A stretch of DNA of 64,000 bases from an uncultured Candidatus Rokubacteria bacterium (GTDB taxonomy: Bacteria; Methylomirabilota; Methylomirabilia; Rokubacteriales; CSP1-6). A program made the position numbers and the translations under genes. The stretch is from positions 448,001 through 512,000 of the forward strand of contig CAVWFS010000019.1 of NCBI GenBank assembly GCA_963754315.1. Reading direction: 5' to 3'. Shown one piece after another: positions 31,225 to 41,161 of the stretch. How positions within the stretch are numbered: the first letter of the stretch is position 1; each line of letters begins with the position of its first letter. A model generated the notes under the pieces. It had not been told where the DNA came from. It did no database searches and saw only the letters and a list, made by a program, of their open reading frames with translations.

Positions 31225-32267
31225 GCCGCCCCTCTTCGATCCGAGAGCTCGTGAACCATGTCGACGAGCGCCTTCACGTGCTCCACGGGGGTTTGCGGGA
31301 GGATACCGTGACCGAGATTGAAGATATGCCCGGCCCGGCCTCCGGCTTGGTCGAGGATGGCTCGCACCCGGTCGCGAATTACCGGCAGGCCTGCGAACAG
31401 CACCACCGGATCCAGGTTGCCCTGGATGGCTACGTCGTGACCGACCGCACGCCATCCGACGTCGAGGTCGACCCGCCAGTCGAGCCCAATCACGTCGCCG
31501 CCTGCTTCGCGCATGAGCGGGAGGAGGGTGGCCGTCCCGGTGCCGAAGTGGATGACCGGCACACCCGCCGGGAGAGCGCTGATGAGGGCCCGGCTGTGCG
31601 GCAGCACGAAACGTCGATAGTCGTCGGGCGCCAGGGCTCCTGCCCATGAATCAAAGAGCTGCACGGCCTGCACCCCCGCGGCGATCTGACCCCCCAGATA
31701 GCGGGCGGTAACGTCGACGAGCACCGTCATGAGCCGGTGCCAGGCCTCGGGTTCGTCGTACATGAGGCACTTGGTGTGGCGATAGTCGCGCGACGGTCCC
31801 CCCTCCACCAGATACGAGGCCACCGTGAAGGGCGCGCCGGCGAAACCGATGAGCGGCAGCCCTTGTGCCAGCGCGCGGCGCACCCGACGAACCGTCTCGA
31901 AAACGAAGCCGACCTCGCTCTCGACGTCGACCGGTCTGAGCTTCGCCACCGCCTCCATGCTCCTGATGGGACGATGGATGACAGGGCCTTCTCCCTTGGC
32001 GAACTCCAGCCCGACCCCCAGTGGCTCGACGACGAGGAGAATGTCGGCGAAGAGGATCGCGGCGTCGACTCCCAGCTCCTCAACGGGCTGGAGCGTGACC
32101 TCGGCGGCGAGCTCGGGGTTCTTGCAGAGCTCCAGGAAGCCATGGCGAGCGCGGAGGGCACGATAGGCAGGCATGTATCGCCCGGCCTGCCGCATGAGCC
32201 AGACCGGCGTGTACGGAGTCGGCTCGTGTCGAGCTGCGCGGAGCAACGGTGCATCGTGGAAGGACAC
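31221..32267 (-). CDS. hemE: Uroporphyrinogen decarboxylase
   Basis: PVWLMRQAGRY, DAAILFADIL, QLFDSW, QGNLDP and HIFNLGHG. Confidence 0.96.
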   Translation of the reverse strand: MSFHDAPLLRAARHEPTPYTPVWLMRQAGRYMPAYRALRARHGFLELCKNPELAAEVTLQPVEELGVDAAILFADILLVVEPLGVGLEFAKGEGPVIHRPIRSMEAVAKLRPVDVESEVGFVFETVRRVRRALAQGLPLIGFAGAPFTVASYLVEGGPSRDYRHTKCLMYDEPEAWHRLMTVLVDVTARYLGGQIAAGVQAVQLFDSWAGALAPDDYRRFVLPHSRALISALPAGVPVIHFGTGTATLLPLMREAGGDVIGLDWRVDLDVGWRAVGHDVAIQGNLDPVVLFAGLPVIRDRVRAILDQAGGRAGHIFNLGHGILPQTPVEHVKALVDMVHELSDRRGAA

Positions 32268-32453
32268 ACCGAGGAGGGTACCTATCGGCGGCAACCCAAC
32301 GCAAGCGCCGCCCCGGCATCGCCGGCACCCGATCGGTGTATGATCCTGGCCCTATGGCATACCTATCCGGCAAGCAAGCGTTCCTCCAGATTCTCAGGCA
32401 GGAAGGCGTCTCCGTCATGGCATGAGGACGCCGACAGTCTGGTCAGGGGCTAG

Positions 32454-33266
32454 GTGATGAGCACCGAGGCTCGACCGCCTCGAGGCCAGGGCCGGCTCGA
32501 TGGCAAAGTGGCCCTCGTCACCGGGGCCGGCTCGCGCGGGCCCGGACTCGGCAACGGGAAGGCAACGGCGATTCTCTTCGCGCGCGAGGGAGCTCATGTC
32601 CTCTGCGTCGACATGGTCAAGGAGCGCGCAGAGGAGACGGTCGGGCTCATCCGCTCGGACGGGGGGAGCGCCGAGGCCTTTGCCGCCGACGTGACGCGCG
32701 CCGGAGACTGTGCCGACATGGTGGCCGACACGGTCAGACGCTGGGGCGGCCTCGACATTCTCCACAACAACGTCGGCATCGAGTCGCGCAAGGACCTTCT
32801 CGAGACCACCGAGGCTGACTGGGACCAGGTGCTTCACGTCGACCTCAAGTCCATGCTGCTGGCGACCCAGAGCGCCGTCCGCGTCATGATCGAGCGTGGT
32901 GGCGGCTCGGTCATCTGCGTGTCGTCCATCGCCGCCCTGCGCGGCCACGGTCGGACGGCCTACGCCACCGCCAAGGCCGGGGTCATCGGCTTCGTCCGCA
33001 GCGTGGCCGTGCAGCTCGGTCCCAAGGGAATCCGCGTGAACGCCATCGCACCCGGGCCCGTGTGGACACCCATGGTGGAAGATCTGGGTCCGGAGGCACG
33101 GGAGCGACGCCGGCACTCCACTCCACTCGCGACGGAAGGGACGGGCTGGGACGTGGCCTGGGGCGCCGTCTATCTGGCCAGCGATGAGGCCCGTTGGGTC
33201 ACGGGGCAGACGCTCGTGATCGACGCCGGACTCACGCTGACTGCCAACAACGCAAGCTTGCGTTAA
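32454..33266 (+). CDS. SDR family oxidoreductase
   Basis: VALVTGAG..GNG, NNVG, YxxxK (YATAK) and IRVNAIAPG. Confidence 0.92.
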   Translation: MMSTEARPPRGQGRLDGKVALVTGAGSRGPGLGNGKATAILFAREGAHVLCVDMVKERAEETVGLIRSDGGSAEAFAADVTRAGDCADMVADTVRRWGGLDILHNNVGIESRKDLLETTEADWDQVLHVDLKSMLLATQSAVRVMIERGGGSVICVSSIAALRGHGRTAYATAKAGVIGFVRSVAVQLGPKGIRVNAIAPGPVWTPMVEDLGPEARERRRHSTPLATEGTGWDVAWGAVYLASDEARWVTGQTLVIDAGLTLTANNASLR

Positions 33267-33276
33267 GGATCAACCG

Positions 33277-34305
33277 GTGGCTCGTGTGCCCACCATCGGC
33301 ATCATCGCCAACCCGGTCTCGGCCCGTGACATCCGCCGCGTCATCGCCAACGCCAACAATCTGCAAATTGCCGATCGGGTCAACATCGTCCTGCGGGTGC
33401 TCTCCTCGGCCGGAAGTTGCGGAGTGGGCAAGGTGCTCATGATGCCCGACAAGGGCGGGATCTGCGCCATGCTCTCTCGGAGCCTCGAGCGCGAGCGAAG
33501 CCTGAGTCACCAGTTCCCCCATGTGGACTTCCTCGACATGGACGTCACGTCGACGGTCGAAGACACCTTCGGTGCGGCTCGACGGATGCGCGCGGCGGGA
33601 GTGGCAGCCATCGTTGTTCTGGGCGGCGACGGCACTCACCGCGCGGTAGCGAGAGAGTGCGGCGACGTTCCGATCGCCGGTCTTTCGACGGGCACCAACA
33701 ACGCCTTCCCGCAAATGCGCGAGCCCACCCTCACCGGGATGGCGGTGGGCCTCTACGCCTCGGGTCGCCTCCCGGCGAGCCAGGCCCTGGTTCCGAACAA
33801 GATCCTCGAGGTCTCGATCAACGGTCGTCGCGATATCGCACTGGTGGACGCCGTCATCTCCACCGATCGCTACGTCGGCGCCCGGGCCCTCTGGAGAACC
33901 GAAAGCCTGCGCTCACTCTACGTGGCCTACGCGGATCCCGAAGCCATCGGCCTGTCGGCGATCGCGGGGTTACTCGAGCCCGTGGGGCGGCGCGAGCCCG
34001 GCGGCTGCGCCGTCGATCTCTGTGAAGATCCCGAACGCCGCAAGCTCACCCTGCTCGTGCCGATCGCCCCCGGCATGGTGCGACCGGTGGGCATCGGGGG
34101 CTGGCAAAAGATGGACGCCGATCGCACGTTCCTGGTCGACCAGGAGGCCGGCGTGGTGGCCCTCGATGGCGAGCGTGAGCTCACGTTCGACCGGGGCGAT
34201 GCGGTGACGATCACGTTGCGCGAGAACGCGTTTCGTACCGTGGATGTGTCCCGCTGCCTGCATATCGCGGCGGCAGACGGGCTCTTTCGCCTTCCTGCCC
34301 GCTAA
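33277..34305 (+). CDS. acoX: Acetoin catabolism protein X (ATP-NAD kinase-like)
   Basis: GIIANPVSARDIRR, LGGDGT, STGTNNAFP and ALDGERE; directly upstream of acoAB. Confidence 0.85.
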   Translation: MARVPTIGIIANPVSARDIRRVIANANNLQIADRVNIVLRVLSSAGSCGVGKVLMMPDKGGICAMLSRSLERERSLSHQFPHVDFLDMDVTSTVEDTFGAARRMRAAGVAAIVVLGGDGTHRAVARECGDVPIAGLSTGTNNAFPQMREPTLTGMAVGLYASGRLPASQALVPNKILEVSINGRRDIALVDAVISTDRYVGARALWRTESLRSLYVAYADPEAIGLSAIAGLLEPVGRREPGGCAVDLCEDPERRKLTLLVPIAPGMVRPVGIGGWQKMDADRTFLVDQEAGVVALDGERELTFDRGDAVTITLRENAFRTVDVSRCLHIAAADGLFRLPAR

Positions 34306-34322
34306 ACCACGGAGGAGTGAAC

Positions 34323-35306
34323 ATGGCGGCCGACCCGTTTCCCCTCAAGAAGGAAGACCTGCTCAAGGCCTACCGCACGATGCGCACCATCCGGGAGTTC
34401 GAGGAGCGTCTGCACGTCGACTTTGCCCGCGGCGACATTCCGGGCTTCGTGCACCTCTATGCCGGGGAGGAAGCGGCCGGCACCGGCATCATGCTGCACC
34501 TGAACGACGGTGACCGGATCGCCAGCACCCATCGTGGCCACGGCCACTGCATCGCCAAGGGCGTGGACGTCGTGGAGATGATGAAGGAGATCTACGGCAA
34601 GAAGGGCGGGGCCTGCCAGGGCAAGGGGGGCTCCATGCACATTGCCGATCTCGACAAGGGGATGATGGGCGCCAACGGCATCCTCGGCGCCGGGGCTCCT
34701 CTCGCGTGTGGCGCTGCCCTCGCCGCCAAGTTCCGCAAGAAGGGTGAGGTGGCCATCAGCTTCGTGGGCGACGGCGCCTCCAACCAGGGAACGTTCCTGG
34801 AGAGCTTGAACCTGGCCGCCGTGTGGAATCTGCCCGCCATCTTCGTCGTGGAGAACAACGGCTACGCCGAGTCGACCTCCCGCGACTACGCAGTGGCGGT
34901 GGACAGCTATGTGGATCGCGCGGCCGGCTTCGGGCTGCCCGGGGTCACCGTGGACGGGACCGACTTCTTCGCCGTCTACGAGGCGGCGGGCGAGATCATC
35001 AAGCGGGCGCGCGAGGGCGGTGGTCCTGCGCTACTCGAATGCAAGATGATCCGCTTCTTCGGCCACTTCGAGGGGGATGCGCAGACGTACCGGGGCGCGG
35101 GCGAGGTAGACGACATTCGCGCCAACCAGGACTGCATCAAGAAGTTCAGCACCGCCGTGATCGGGGCCGGCGTGATCAAGCAGTCCGAGCTCGACGCGAT
35201 CGACCGGCAGGCGCGCGAGTTGGTCGAGCGCGCCGTGCAGGAGGCCAAGGCTGCCCCGGGGCCCACCGCCGCCGATTTGCTGACCGACGTCTACGTCCGC
35301 TACTGA
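34323..35306 (+). CDS. acoA: Acetoin dehydrogenase E1 alpha subunit
   Basis: IPGFVHLYAGEEA, STHRGHGH, TPP motif GDGASNQG..ENN and GHFEGD. Confidence 0.9.
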   Translation: MAADPFPLKKEDLLKAYRTMRTIREFEERLHVDFARGDIPGFVHLYAGEEAAGTGIMLHLNDGDRIASTHRGHGHCIAKGVDVVEMMKEIYGKKGGACQGKGGSMHIADLDKGMMGANGILGAGAPLACGAALAAKFRKKGEVAISFVGDGASNQGTFLESLNLAAVWNLPAIFVVENNGYAESTSRDYAVAVDSYVDRAAGFGLPGVTVDGTDFFAVYEAAGEIIKRAREGGGPALLECKMIRFFGHFEGDAQTYRGAGEVDDIRANQDCIKKFSTAVIGAGVIKQSELDAIDRQARELVERAVQEAKAAPGPTAADLLTDVYVRY

Positions 35307-35345
35307 GGGACCCTCGACGTCACGGAGATCGAAAGGATCAAAGGC

Positions 35346-36362
35346 ATGGCACGAAAGATCAGCATCAAGGACGCAATTCACGAGGCCCTCGATCAGGAAA
35401 TGGCCCGCGATCCAAGAGTCATCTTGATGGGAGAAGACATCGTCGGCGGGGCAGGCAGCCCCGGCGAGCGCGATGCGTGGGGTGGTGTGCTGGGCGTGAC
35501 CAAGGGGCTGTACGCCAAGTACGGTGAGCGACTGCTCGACACGCCTCTCTCGGAATCGGCCTATATCGGGGCCGCGATCGGGGCCGCCTGCTGCGGCATG
35601 CGCCCCGTGGCCGAGCTGATGTTCATCGATTTCATGGGCGTGTGCTTCGATCAGATCTTCAACCAGGCGGCCAAGTTCAAGTACATGTTCGGCGGCAAGG
35701 CCGAGACGCCGGTGGTGATTCGCGCCATGGTGGGGGCCGGCTTCCGCGCGGCCGCTCAGCACAGCCAGATGCTGACGCCGATCTTCACCCACATTCCAGG
35801 GCTCAAGGTGGTGTGCCCGTCGAGCCCGTACGACGCCAAGGGGCTCTTGATCCAGTCCATTCGCGATAACGATCCAGTCATCTTCTGCGAGCACAAGGCC
35901 CTCTACGGCCAGGAAGGTGACGTCCCCGAAGCGTCCTACACGATTCCCCTCGGCGAGGCCAACGTGGTCCGAGAGGGCCGGAGCTGCTCGATCGTGACAT
36001 ACGGAATGATGGTGCATCGAGCCACCGATGCCGCCACCAGCTTGGCCAAGGAAGGGGTGGACTGCGAAGTGGTCGACCTGCGATCCCTCTCCCCGCTCGA
36101 CCTCGATACGGTGATCGAGAGCGTCGAGAAGACGGGTCGCCTCGTGTGCGTGGACGAGGCCAATCCCCGCTGCAGCATCGCCGCCGACATCTCGGCGCAG
36201 GTTGCCCAGCATGCCTTCGGGGCCCTGCGGGCACAGATCGAGATGGTGACCGCCCCCCATACGCCGGTGCCGTTCTCACCGGTGCTAGAGGATCTCTATA
36301 TCCCAGGGGCGAAGCAGATTGCCGAGGCCGTTCACCGCACCATGAGCGGAGCCAAGAACTGA
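35346..36362 (+). CDS. acoB: Acetoin dehydrogenase E1 beta subunit
   Basis: GED..DAWGGVLGVTKGL, DTPLSES, YMFGGKA and AAAQHSQ. Confidence 0.9.
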   Translation: MARKISIKDAIHEALDQEMARDPRVILMGEDIVGGAGSPGERDAWGGVLGVTKGLYAKYGERLLDTPLSESAYIGAAIGAACCGMRPVAELMFIDFMGVCFDQIFNQAAKFKYMFGGKAETPVVIRAMVGAGFRAAAQHSQMLTPIFTHIPGLKVVCPSSPYDAKGLLIQSIRDNDPVIFCEHKALYGQEGDVPEASYTIPLGEANVVREGRSCSIVTYGMMVHRATDAATSLAKEGVDCEVVDLRSLSPLDLDTVIESVEKTGRLVCVDEANPRCSIAADISAQVAQHAFGALRAQIEMVTAPHTPVPFSPVLEDLYIPGAKQIAEAVHRTMSGAKN

Positions 36363-37474
36363 TGTCTGGCATCACGCCCATCGTCATGCCCAAGTGGGGC
36401 CTGGCCATGAAGGAAGGGACACTGAACGCATGGCTGGTCGAGGAGGGAACGTCGATTCACCTCGGTCAGGCCATCATGGAAGTGGAGACCGACAAGATCA
36501 CCGGGGTCGTGGAGGCCGGCGACGCTGGTCTGTTGCGCCGCAAGGTCGCGGCTCCCGGCCAGACCCTTCCGGTCAAGGCGTTGCTCGGGGTCATGGCCGG
36601 GTCCGAGGTATCGGATGCGGATATCGAGTCATTCGTGGCTGGCTATGTCGTTCCCACGGCCGCGGAGACCGAAGAGGGCGGCACCGGGTCCGCCTACCAG
36701 TTCGTCGAGGTCGATGGCATCCGCGTTCGCTACGCACGCCGGGGCGGTGGCGTGCGCCATGTCCTTCTCCTTCACGGCTTCGGGGGCGACCTCGACAACT
36801 GGCTCTTCAACATCGATGCGCTGGCCGAAGGGCATACGGTGGTGGCGCTGGATCTGCCGGGTCACGGCCAGTCGGACCGCACCTTGCCGGGCAGGACGCT
36901 CGGCGATCTGGGACGCTTCGTGACGCGCTTCCTGGACGCGGTGGAGATCCCGAGCGCTCACGTCGTCGGTCACTCCATGGGCGGCGCCATCGCGGCCCAG
37001 ATGACCCTCGATCACCCAGACAGGATCGATTCGGTGGTGCTCATCGGAAGCGCGGGTCTGGGGGACGAGATCAATACCGCCTACACGGAAGGATTCGTCA
37101 CCGCGCAATCTCGGCGCGATCTGAAACCGCTCATCGAGCAGCTCTTTGCCCGACCCGAGCTCGTTACCCGCCAGCTCCTGGACGACGTCCTCAAGTACAA
37201 ACGGCTCGATGGGGTCAGCGAGCTCTTGAGTGAGCTGGGGGGAAGCCTCTTCCCTCACGGCCGGCAACGCGAGCAGCCAGGCCGGCGGCTGGGGGAAAGC
37301 GGCAAGCGCGTGCTGGTGCTGTGGGGCGCCGAGGACCGCATCATCCCGGTCAAGCACGCATCCCGGGCGCCTGCGTCGGCTACAGTCAAGATCATCGAGG
37401 GCGCTGGCCACATGGTCCAGCTGGAAAAGGCCGGCGAGGTGAACGCGCTCCTCGGGAGACACATCGCCGGGTAA
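36362..37474 (+). CDS. acoC: Acetoin dehydrogenase E2 component (lipoyl domain + alpha/beta hydrolase)
   Basis: MPKWGL..VETDKI lipoyl motif fused to HGFGGD/GHSMGG hydrolase domain, as in proteobacterial AcoC. Confidence 0.9.
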   Translation: MSGITPIVMPKWGLAMKEGTLNAWLVEEGTSIHLGQAIMEVETDKITGVVEAGDAGLLRRKVAAPGQTLPVKALLGVMAGSEVSDADIESFVAGYVVPTAAETEEGGTGSAYQFVEVDGIRVRYARRGGGVRHVLLLHGFGGDLDNWLFNIDALAEGHTVVALDLPGHGQSDRTLPGRTLGDLGRFVTRFLDAVEIPSAHVVGHSMGGAIAAQMTLDHPDRIDSVVLIGSAGLGDEINTAYTEGFVTAQSRRDLKPLIEQLFARPELVTRQLLDDVLKYKRLDGVSELLSELGGSLFPHGRQREQPGRRLGESGKRVLVLWGAEDRIIPVKHASRAPASATVKIIEGAGHMVQLEKAGEVNALLGRHIAG

Positions 37475-37526
37475 AGCTGGGTCGGAGGTCGCCCTCGGCA
37501 CCCTCCGGATGTGCTATTTTGGTGTC

Positions 37527-37775
37527 ATGGCTAGACTAAATTTGACACTAGACGAAGACACGTTCCGTAGGCTCGATCGGCACACCAAACGAGCGGGAAG
37601 GCCGCGTGCGGCGTTGGCTCGGGAGCTCCTGCGCGAAGGGCTAGCGCAACGAGAAGCGGCCGAGCGACGCAAGCAGCTCGCCAATGACTATGCGGCTGGA
37701 CGCCCCGATGCGCGCGCACTCTTGCGAGACCTGGAAGCCGGGCAGCTCACGTTGATGGACGATGAAGGCGCGTGA
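37527..37775 (+). CDS. Antitoxin, ribbon-helix-helix/CopG-like
   Basis: MARLNLTLDEDTFRRLD; overlaps the downstream toxin gene. Confidence 0.75.
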   Translation: MARLNLTLDEDTFRRLDRHTKRAGRPRAALARELLREGLAQREAAERRKQLANDYAAGRPDARALLRDLEAGQLTLMDDEGA

Positions 37776-38133
37776 GCCCGTCCCGTTTCGGCGGGGCGAC
37801 ATTCTCTGGATTCAGTGCGACCCCTCCCGAGGCGTGGAGCCCCGGAAGACGAGGACGTGTGTCGTCGTCTCGAACGACGTCGCCAACCGATATGGGCAAG
37901 CAGTGACCGTCATCCCGACACAGACCTACACGGCCGAACGAGCGGGCCGTATCTACATGGTCGACTTGCGCGTGCCGCGATCCACCTTGGCGGCGGCTCG
38001 CACCGCAAACGCGTCCATGGTCATGACGTACGACCGCGACCGTGTGGTCAGCCGTGCCGGACGCATCTCCGCCGAGACGCAGCGCGCCGTCGATCGGGCC
38101 CTGGGGATTCATCTCGGTCTCGCCCCGATTTGA
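37762..38133 (+). CDS. PemK/MazF family endoribonuclease toxin
   Basis: RRGDILW..DPSRGVEPRKTR.CVVVSND..N. Confidence 0.9.
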   Translation: MKAREPVPFRRGDILWIQCDPSRGVEPRKTRTCVVVSNDVANRYGQAVTVIPTQTYTAERAGRIYMVDLRVPRSTLAAARTANASMVMTYDRDRVVSRAGRISAETQRAVDRALGIHLGLAPI

Positions 38134-38197
38134 CGGCCGGGTCGTCCGAACTCTGGTCCATCAGCCTCACCGACGTACGGGGGGTATGCAAGCGACC

Positions 38198-40009
38198 TCA
38201 GTCAGATGGGGCGTCGGACCAGAGGCCGAGTGTTCGCATGAGCGCTAGCGCGTTCGACGTCCGCACGACGCCGGGACGCATGCGGTAGTCGAATACCATC
38301 TGGCCGTCGACCAGCCGATCCTCGAAGTGTACGTTGACCGCGTGGACGTCGGGATCATCCACCACTTCTGACAGAGCCAGATCATGGGTGGTGACTAGAC
38401 CGATAGCGCCTCGCTGTACCAAGCCGCGGACGATCGCCGCCGCTCCGAGACGCCGGTCGTGTGAGTTCGTTCCGTGGAGAATCTCATCAAGCAGGAAGAG
38501 AAGGGGTACCCCTCCGCCGGCGATGCGGACGATGTCGCGCAGCCGGACGAGCTCGGCGTAGAAGCGGGAGGTCCCTTCCTGCAGTGAATCCCGAATCCGC
38601 AACGTGGCGCCGAGCGCCAGGGGTGTGAGCCTGAGCCGCGCAGCACGCACAGGAGCCCCCGCCTGCGCCAGGATTGCGTTGGTTCCCACCGCCCGCAGCA
38701 ACGTGCTCTTGCCGGACATGTTGGAGCCACTGACCATCAGCACGCGGGTAGAGCCGTTCAAGGCGAGGTCGTTGAGCACACAGCGAGCTTCGGGGATGAG
38801 CGGGTGGCCGAGCGCTTCCGCCTCGAAACGAGCCTCGCCCTCTTCGAGAGTCGGATAGACGTCGGCCGGGTGCTCCCAGGCAAAGGCCGCCAGCGAGCAG
38901 AGAGCCTCGAGCTGGCCGACCGCGGCCAGCCATCCCCGGACGGCTGCGCCGTGCCGCGCACGCCAGGCCTGGATGGCAAGGGCGCAGTGCACTCCCCACA
39001 TGCTGGCGTGCGCGACGGGGGAGAAGAACTGGTTGCGGCGCGAATCGAGCAGGTCTACCCAGACGCGCAGCTGCCGGACCGTTTGCGAAGGTCGCCTCCC
39101 ATCGGTGATCAGGTCGCTCTGCAGGCGGTCAAGCAGCGGGCTGCCCGCCGTCTCGCGCTCGAACCGTTGCAGTACAGCAGCCAGCAGCTCGAGGTCAGGC
39201 CCATGCCCTGCCACCGCTCTGTCCGCGGCCTGCACGTGCTTGCGCAGGCACCAGCCGACTACCCCTTGGACTGCCAAGGCGGCCAAGGCGAGGAGCAGCG
39301 GCGCCCAGCCGATCGCCCACGACGCGACGATGGCCAAGGTCACCGCGGAAACGGCCGCCGCTCCCAGGCGCAGCCGCATGGTCGGGGCGGGCGCCTCACC
39401 GACCGCCAGGCTGGCGAGGGCATCAGGACGCACCGTCGCCGACACATCCTCACCGAGGATGGCCAGGTCCTCGCGCAGGTCGAGGCGCGGCGTCAATACC
39501 TTCACCGCCGCTTGCCGCGCGCGCACGGCCTCGACATCGGATGGCGCCAGCAGCCAGGCGGCCAGTGTGCCCTCGCCCATGCTCGTTCGCGCCTCGCACA
39601 GGAGCTCGTACAGCGAGCCCTCGCCGAAGAGGTCCAGGTCGTCGGCATAGGGATGGTGGGGATCGTGGAAGCGGGCTCCGGTGCGTCCGGTCCCCGCCCA
39701 CTGCCCGTCGAGGCGCATGAGCCCCCGCCGATAGTATGCGGCGCCTCGCTCCGCCCGCCGGCGGTTCCGTCGGACCCGTTCATGGACGACAAGCAAGGTC
39801 ACGAAGGCCACGGCCGGCACCACGAGCCACCATGCAGAGAGCCAGCCCGCGCCGAACGCGAGCCACGCGATCAATGCCGCCGCCAGTGCGGCGCCAAGCC
39901 GTGCCCGTGAGATGTGCTCCTCGCGACGGCTGGCATCCGCCGCGCGCTCGCGGTATTCGGCCTCTCGCCGGCGGTACTCCCCGTGCGGCGCGGTCTCACG
40001 ATCAGTCAT
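38198..40009 (-). CDS. MutS-related membrane protein (MutS domain V ATPase only)
   Basis: TM segments, HPYADDLDLFG, Walker A GSNMSGKST, SRFYAEL, LDEILHGTNS and TTHD. Confidence 0.9.
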   Translation of the reverse strand: MTDRETAPHGEYRRREAEYRERAADASRREEHISRARLGAALAAALIAWLAFGAGWLSAWWLVVPAVAFVTLLVVHERVRRNRRRAERGAAYYRRGLMRLDGQWAGTGRTGARFHDPHHPYADDLDLFGEGSLYELLCEARTSMGEGTLAAWLLAPSDVEAVRARQAAVKVLTPRLDLREDLAILGEDVSATVRPDALASLAVGEAPAPTMRLRLGAAAVSAVTLAIVASWAIGWAPLLLALAALAVQGVVGWCLRKHVQAADRAVAGHGPDLELLAAVLQRFERETAGSPLLDRLQSDLITDGRRPSQTVRQLRVWVDLLDSRRNQFFSPVAHASMWGVHCALAIQAWRARHGAAVRGWLAAVGQLEALCSLAAFAWEHPADVYPTLEEGEARFEAEALGHPLIPEARCVLNDLALNGSTRVLMVSGSNMSGKSTLLRAVGTNAILAQAGAPVRAARLRLTPLALGATLRIRDSLQEGTSRFYAELVRLRDIVRIAGGGVPLLFLLDEILHGTNSHDRRLGAAAIVRGLVQRGAIGLVTTHDLALSEVVDDPDVHAVNVHFEDRLVDGQMVFDYRMRPGVVRTSNALALMRTLGLWSDAPSD

Positions 40010-40067
40010 GGGCGGGACTCAATGCTCTCTCTCGCGTGCAGGGAGTGGTCGAAGTCGCGTCAGGCAG

Positions 40068-41090
40068 TCAGGCGAACCAAAGGTCCGGCAGCGTGTAGCC
40101 CGCTCGGAATGGATCGGATGGATCGAAGCCGTGTTGAAAGATGCCGGTGATCCACGCCTGGCCAGCGATGGTAGGCACGATGCCGGGTTGCCCTCCCACC
40201 GTGGTCTCGGCAGCGATGGAGGCCTCGAATCGCGAGCCGATGATCGACTCGTGGATGAATCCCTGACCTGCGGCGAGTTGCCCGCGCGCGTGCAGGACCG
40301 CCAGCCGGGCCGAAGTGCCAGTGCCGCACGGGCTGCGGTCGAGGCGACCGGGCGCCACGACCACGGCATTCCGGCTCACGGTCCCCGGGCCGAGGAACGG
40401 CATGGCGAACTCGGTGAACGTCACGCCGGCGATGTCGGGATTTTCGGGATGTCGGACGGTGAGCTGCTGGGTGGCCGCCGCCGTGATCCGGTTGCCGATG
40501 GCGACCAGATCGCGCGCCTCCTTCGGTTCCACAGCGAAGCCGAGTGACGGCGCGTCCACGATGGCGAAGAAGGCACCGCCGTAGGCCACGTCGACGGCGA
40601 CGGTGCCCAGGCCCTCGACTTCCAGGCTGGCCCCGAGATGGGTGGCGAAGCACGGGACGTTGGTGAACTGCACCCGCTCCACCTTGCCGTCACGGCAACG
40701 CGCCTCCACGGGCACCGGTCCCGCGGGAGTGTCCAGGGTGAGCGAGGTCAGGGGCTCCCGCATCGGCAGCATCCCCGTTTCCAGGAGAACGGTGACGGTG
40801 CAAATCGTGTTCGACCCCGACATGGGCGGATAGTCCGATGATTCCATGATGATCAGGCCCACGTCGCAGTCGGACCGCGTGGGTGGTACCACCAAATTGA
40901 CGCAGAGGGTGGGCTTCCCACGCGGTTCGAAGAGGAGCCAGCGCCTGAGGTCGTCTCCGTGCCTCTCGAGGTGGCGCTTCTTCTCGAACATGGTGGCGCC
41001 TGGCGGAGGAAGCACGCCGCCGACGATGACGTCGTTTTCCTCGCCGCCGACGTGACAACCGATCACCGTCACCGTGCGCTCCCACCTCAT
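40068..41090 (-). CDS. Proline racemase family protein (Ser/Cys active-site variant)
   Basis: LLFEPRG, MSGSNT, DVAYGG and DRSPCGTGTSAR. Confidence 0.9.
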   Translation of the reverse strand: MRWERTVTVIGCHVGGEENDVIVGGVLPPPGATMFEKKRHLERHGDDLRRWLLFEPRGKPTLCVNLVVPPTRSDCDVGLIIMESSDYPPMSGSNTICTVTVLLETGMLPMREPLTSLTLDTPAGPVPVEARCRDGKVERVQFTNVPCFATHLGASLEVEGLGTVAVDVAYGGAFFAIVDAPSLGFAVEPKEARDLVAIGNRITAAATQQLTVRHPENPDIAGVTFTEFAMPFLGPGTVSRNAVVVAPGRLDRSPCGTGTSARLAVLHARGQLAAGQGFIHESIIGSRFEASIAAETTVGGQPGIVPTIAGQAWITGIFQHGFDPSDPFRAGYTLPDLWFA

Positions 41091-41161
41091 CGCGTGATCC
41101 ACTCCACAATGCTCATGAGGAGGATGATATCCTGGCGCGACCCTGAGACGGAGGCAGGCCG

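Noticed and set aside
38198..40009. Canonical mismatch-repair mutS
   Set aside because: It lacks mismatch-binding and clamp domains and has TM segments, so it is a MutS-domain-V-only family member; no gene symbol assigned.
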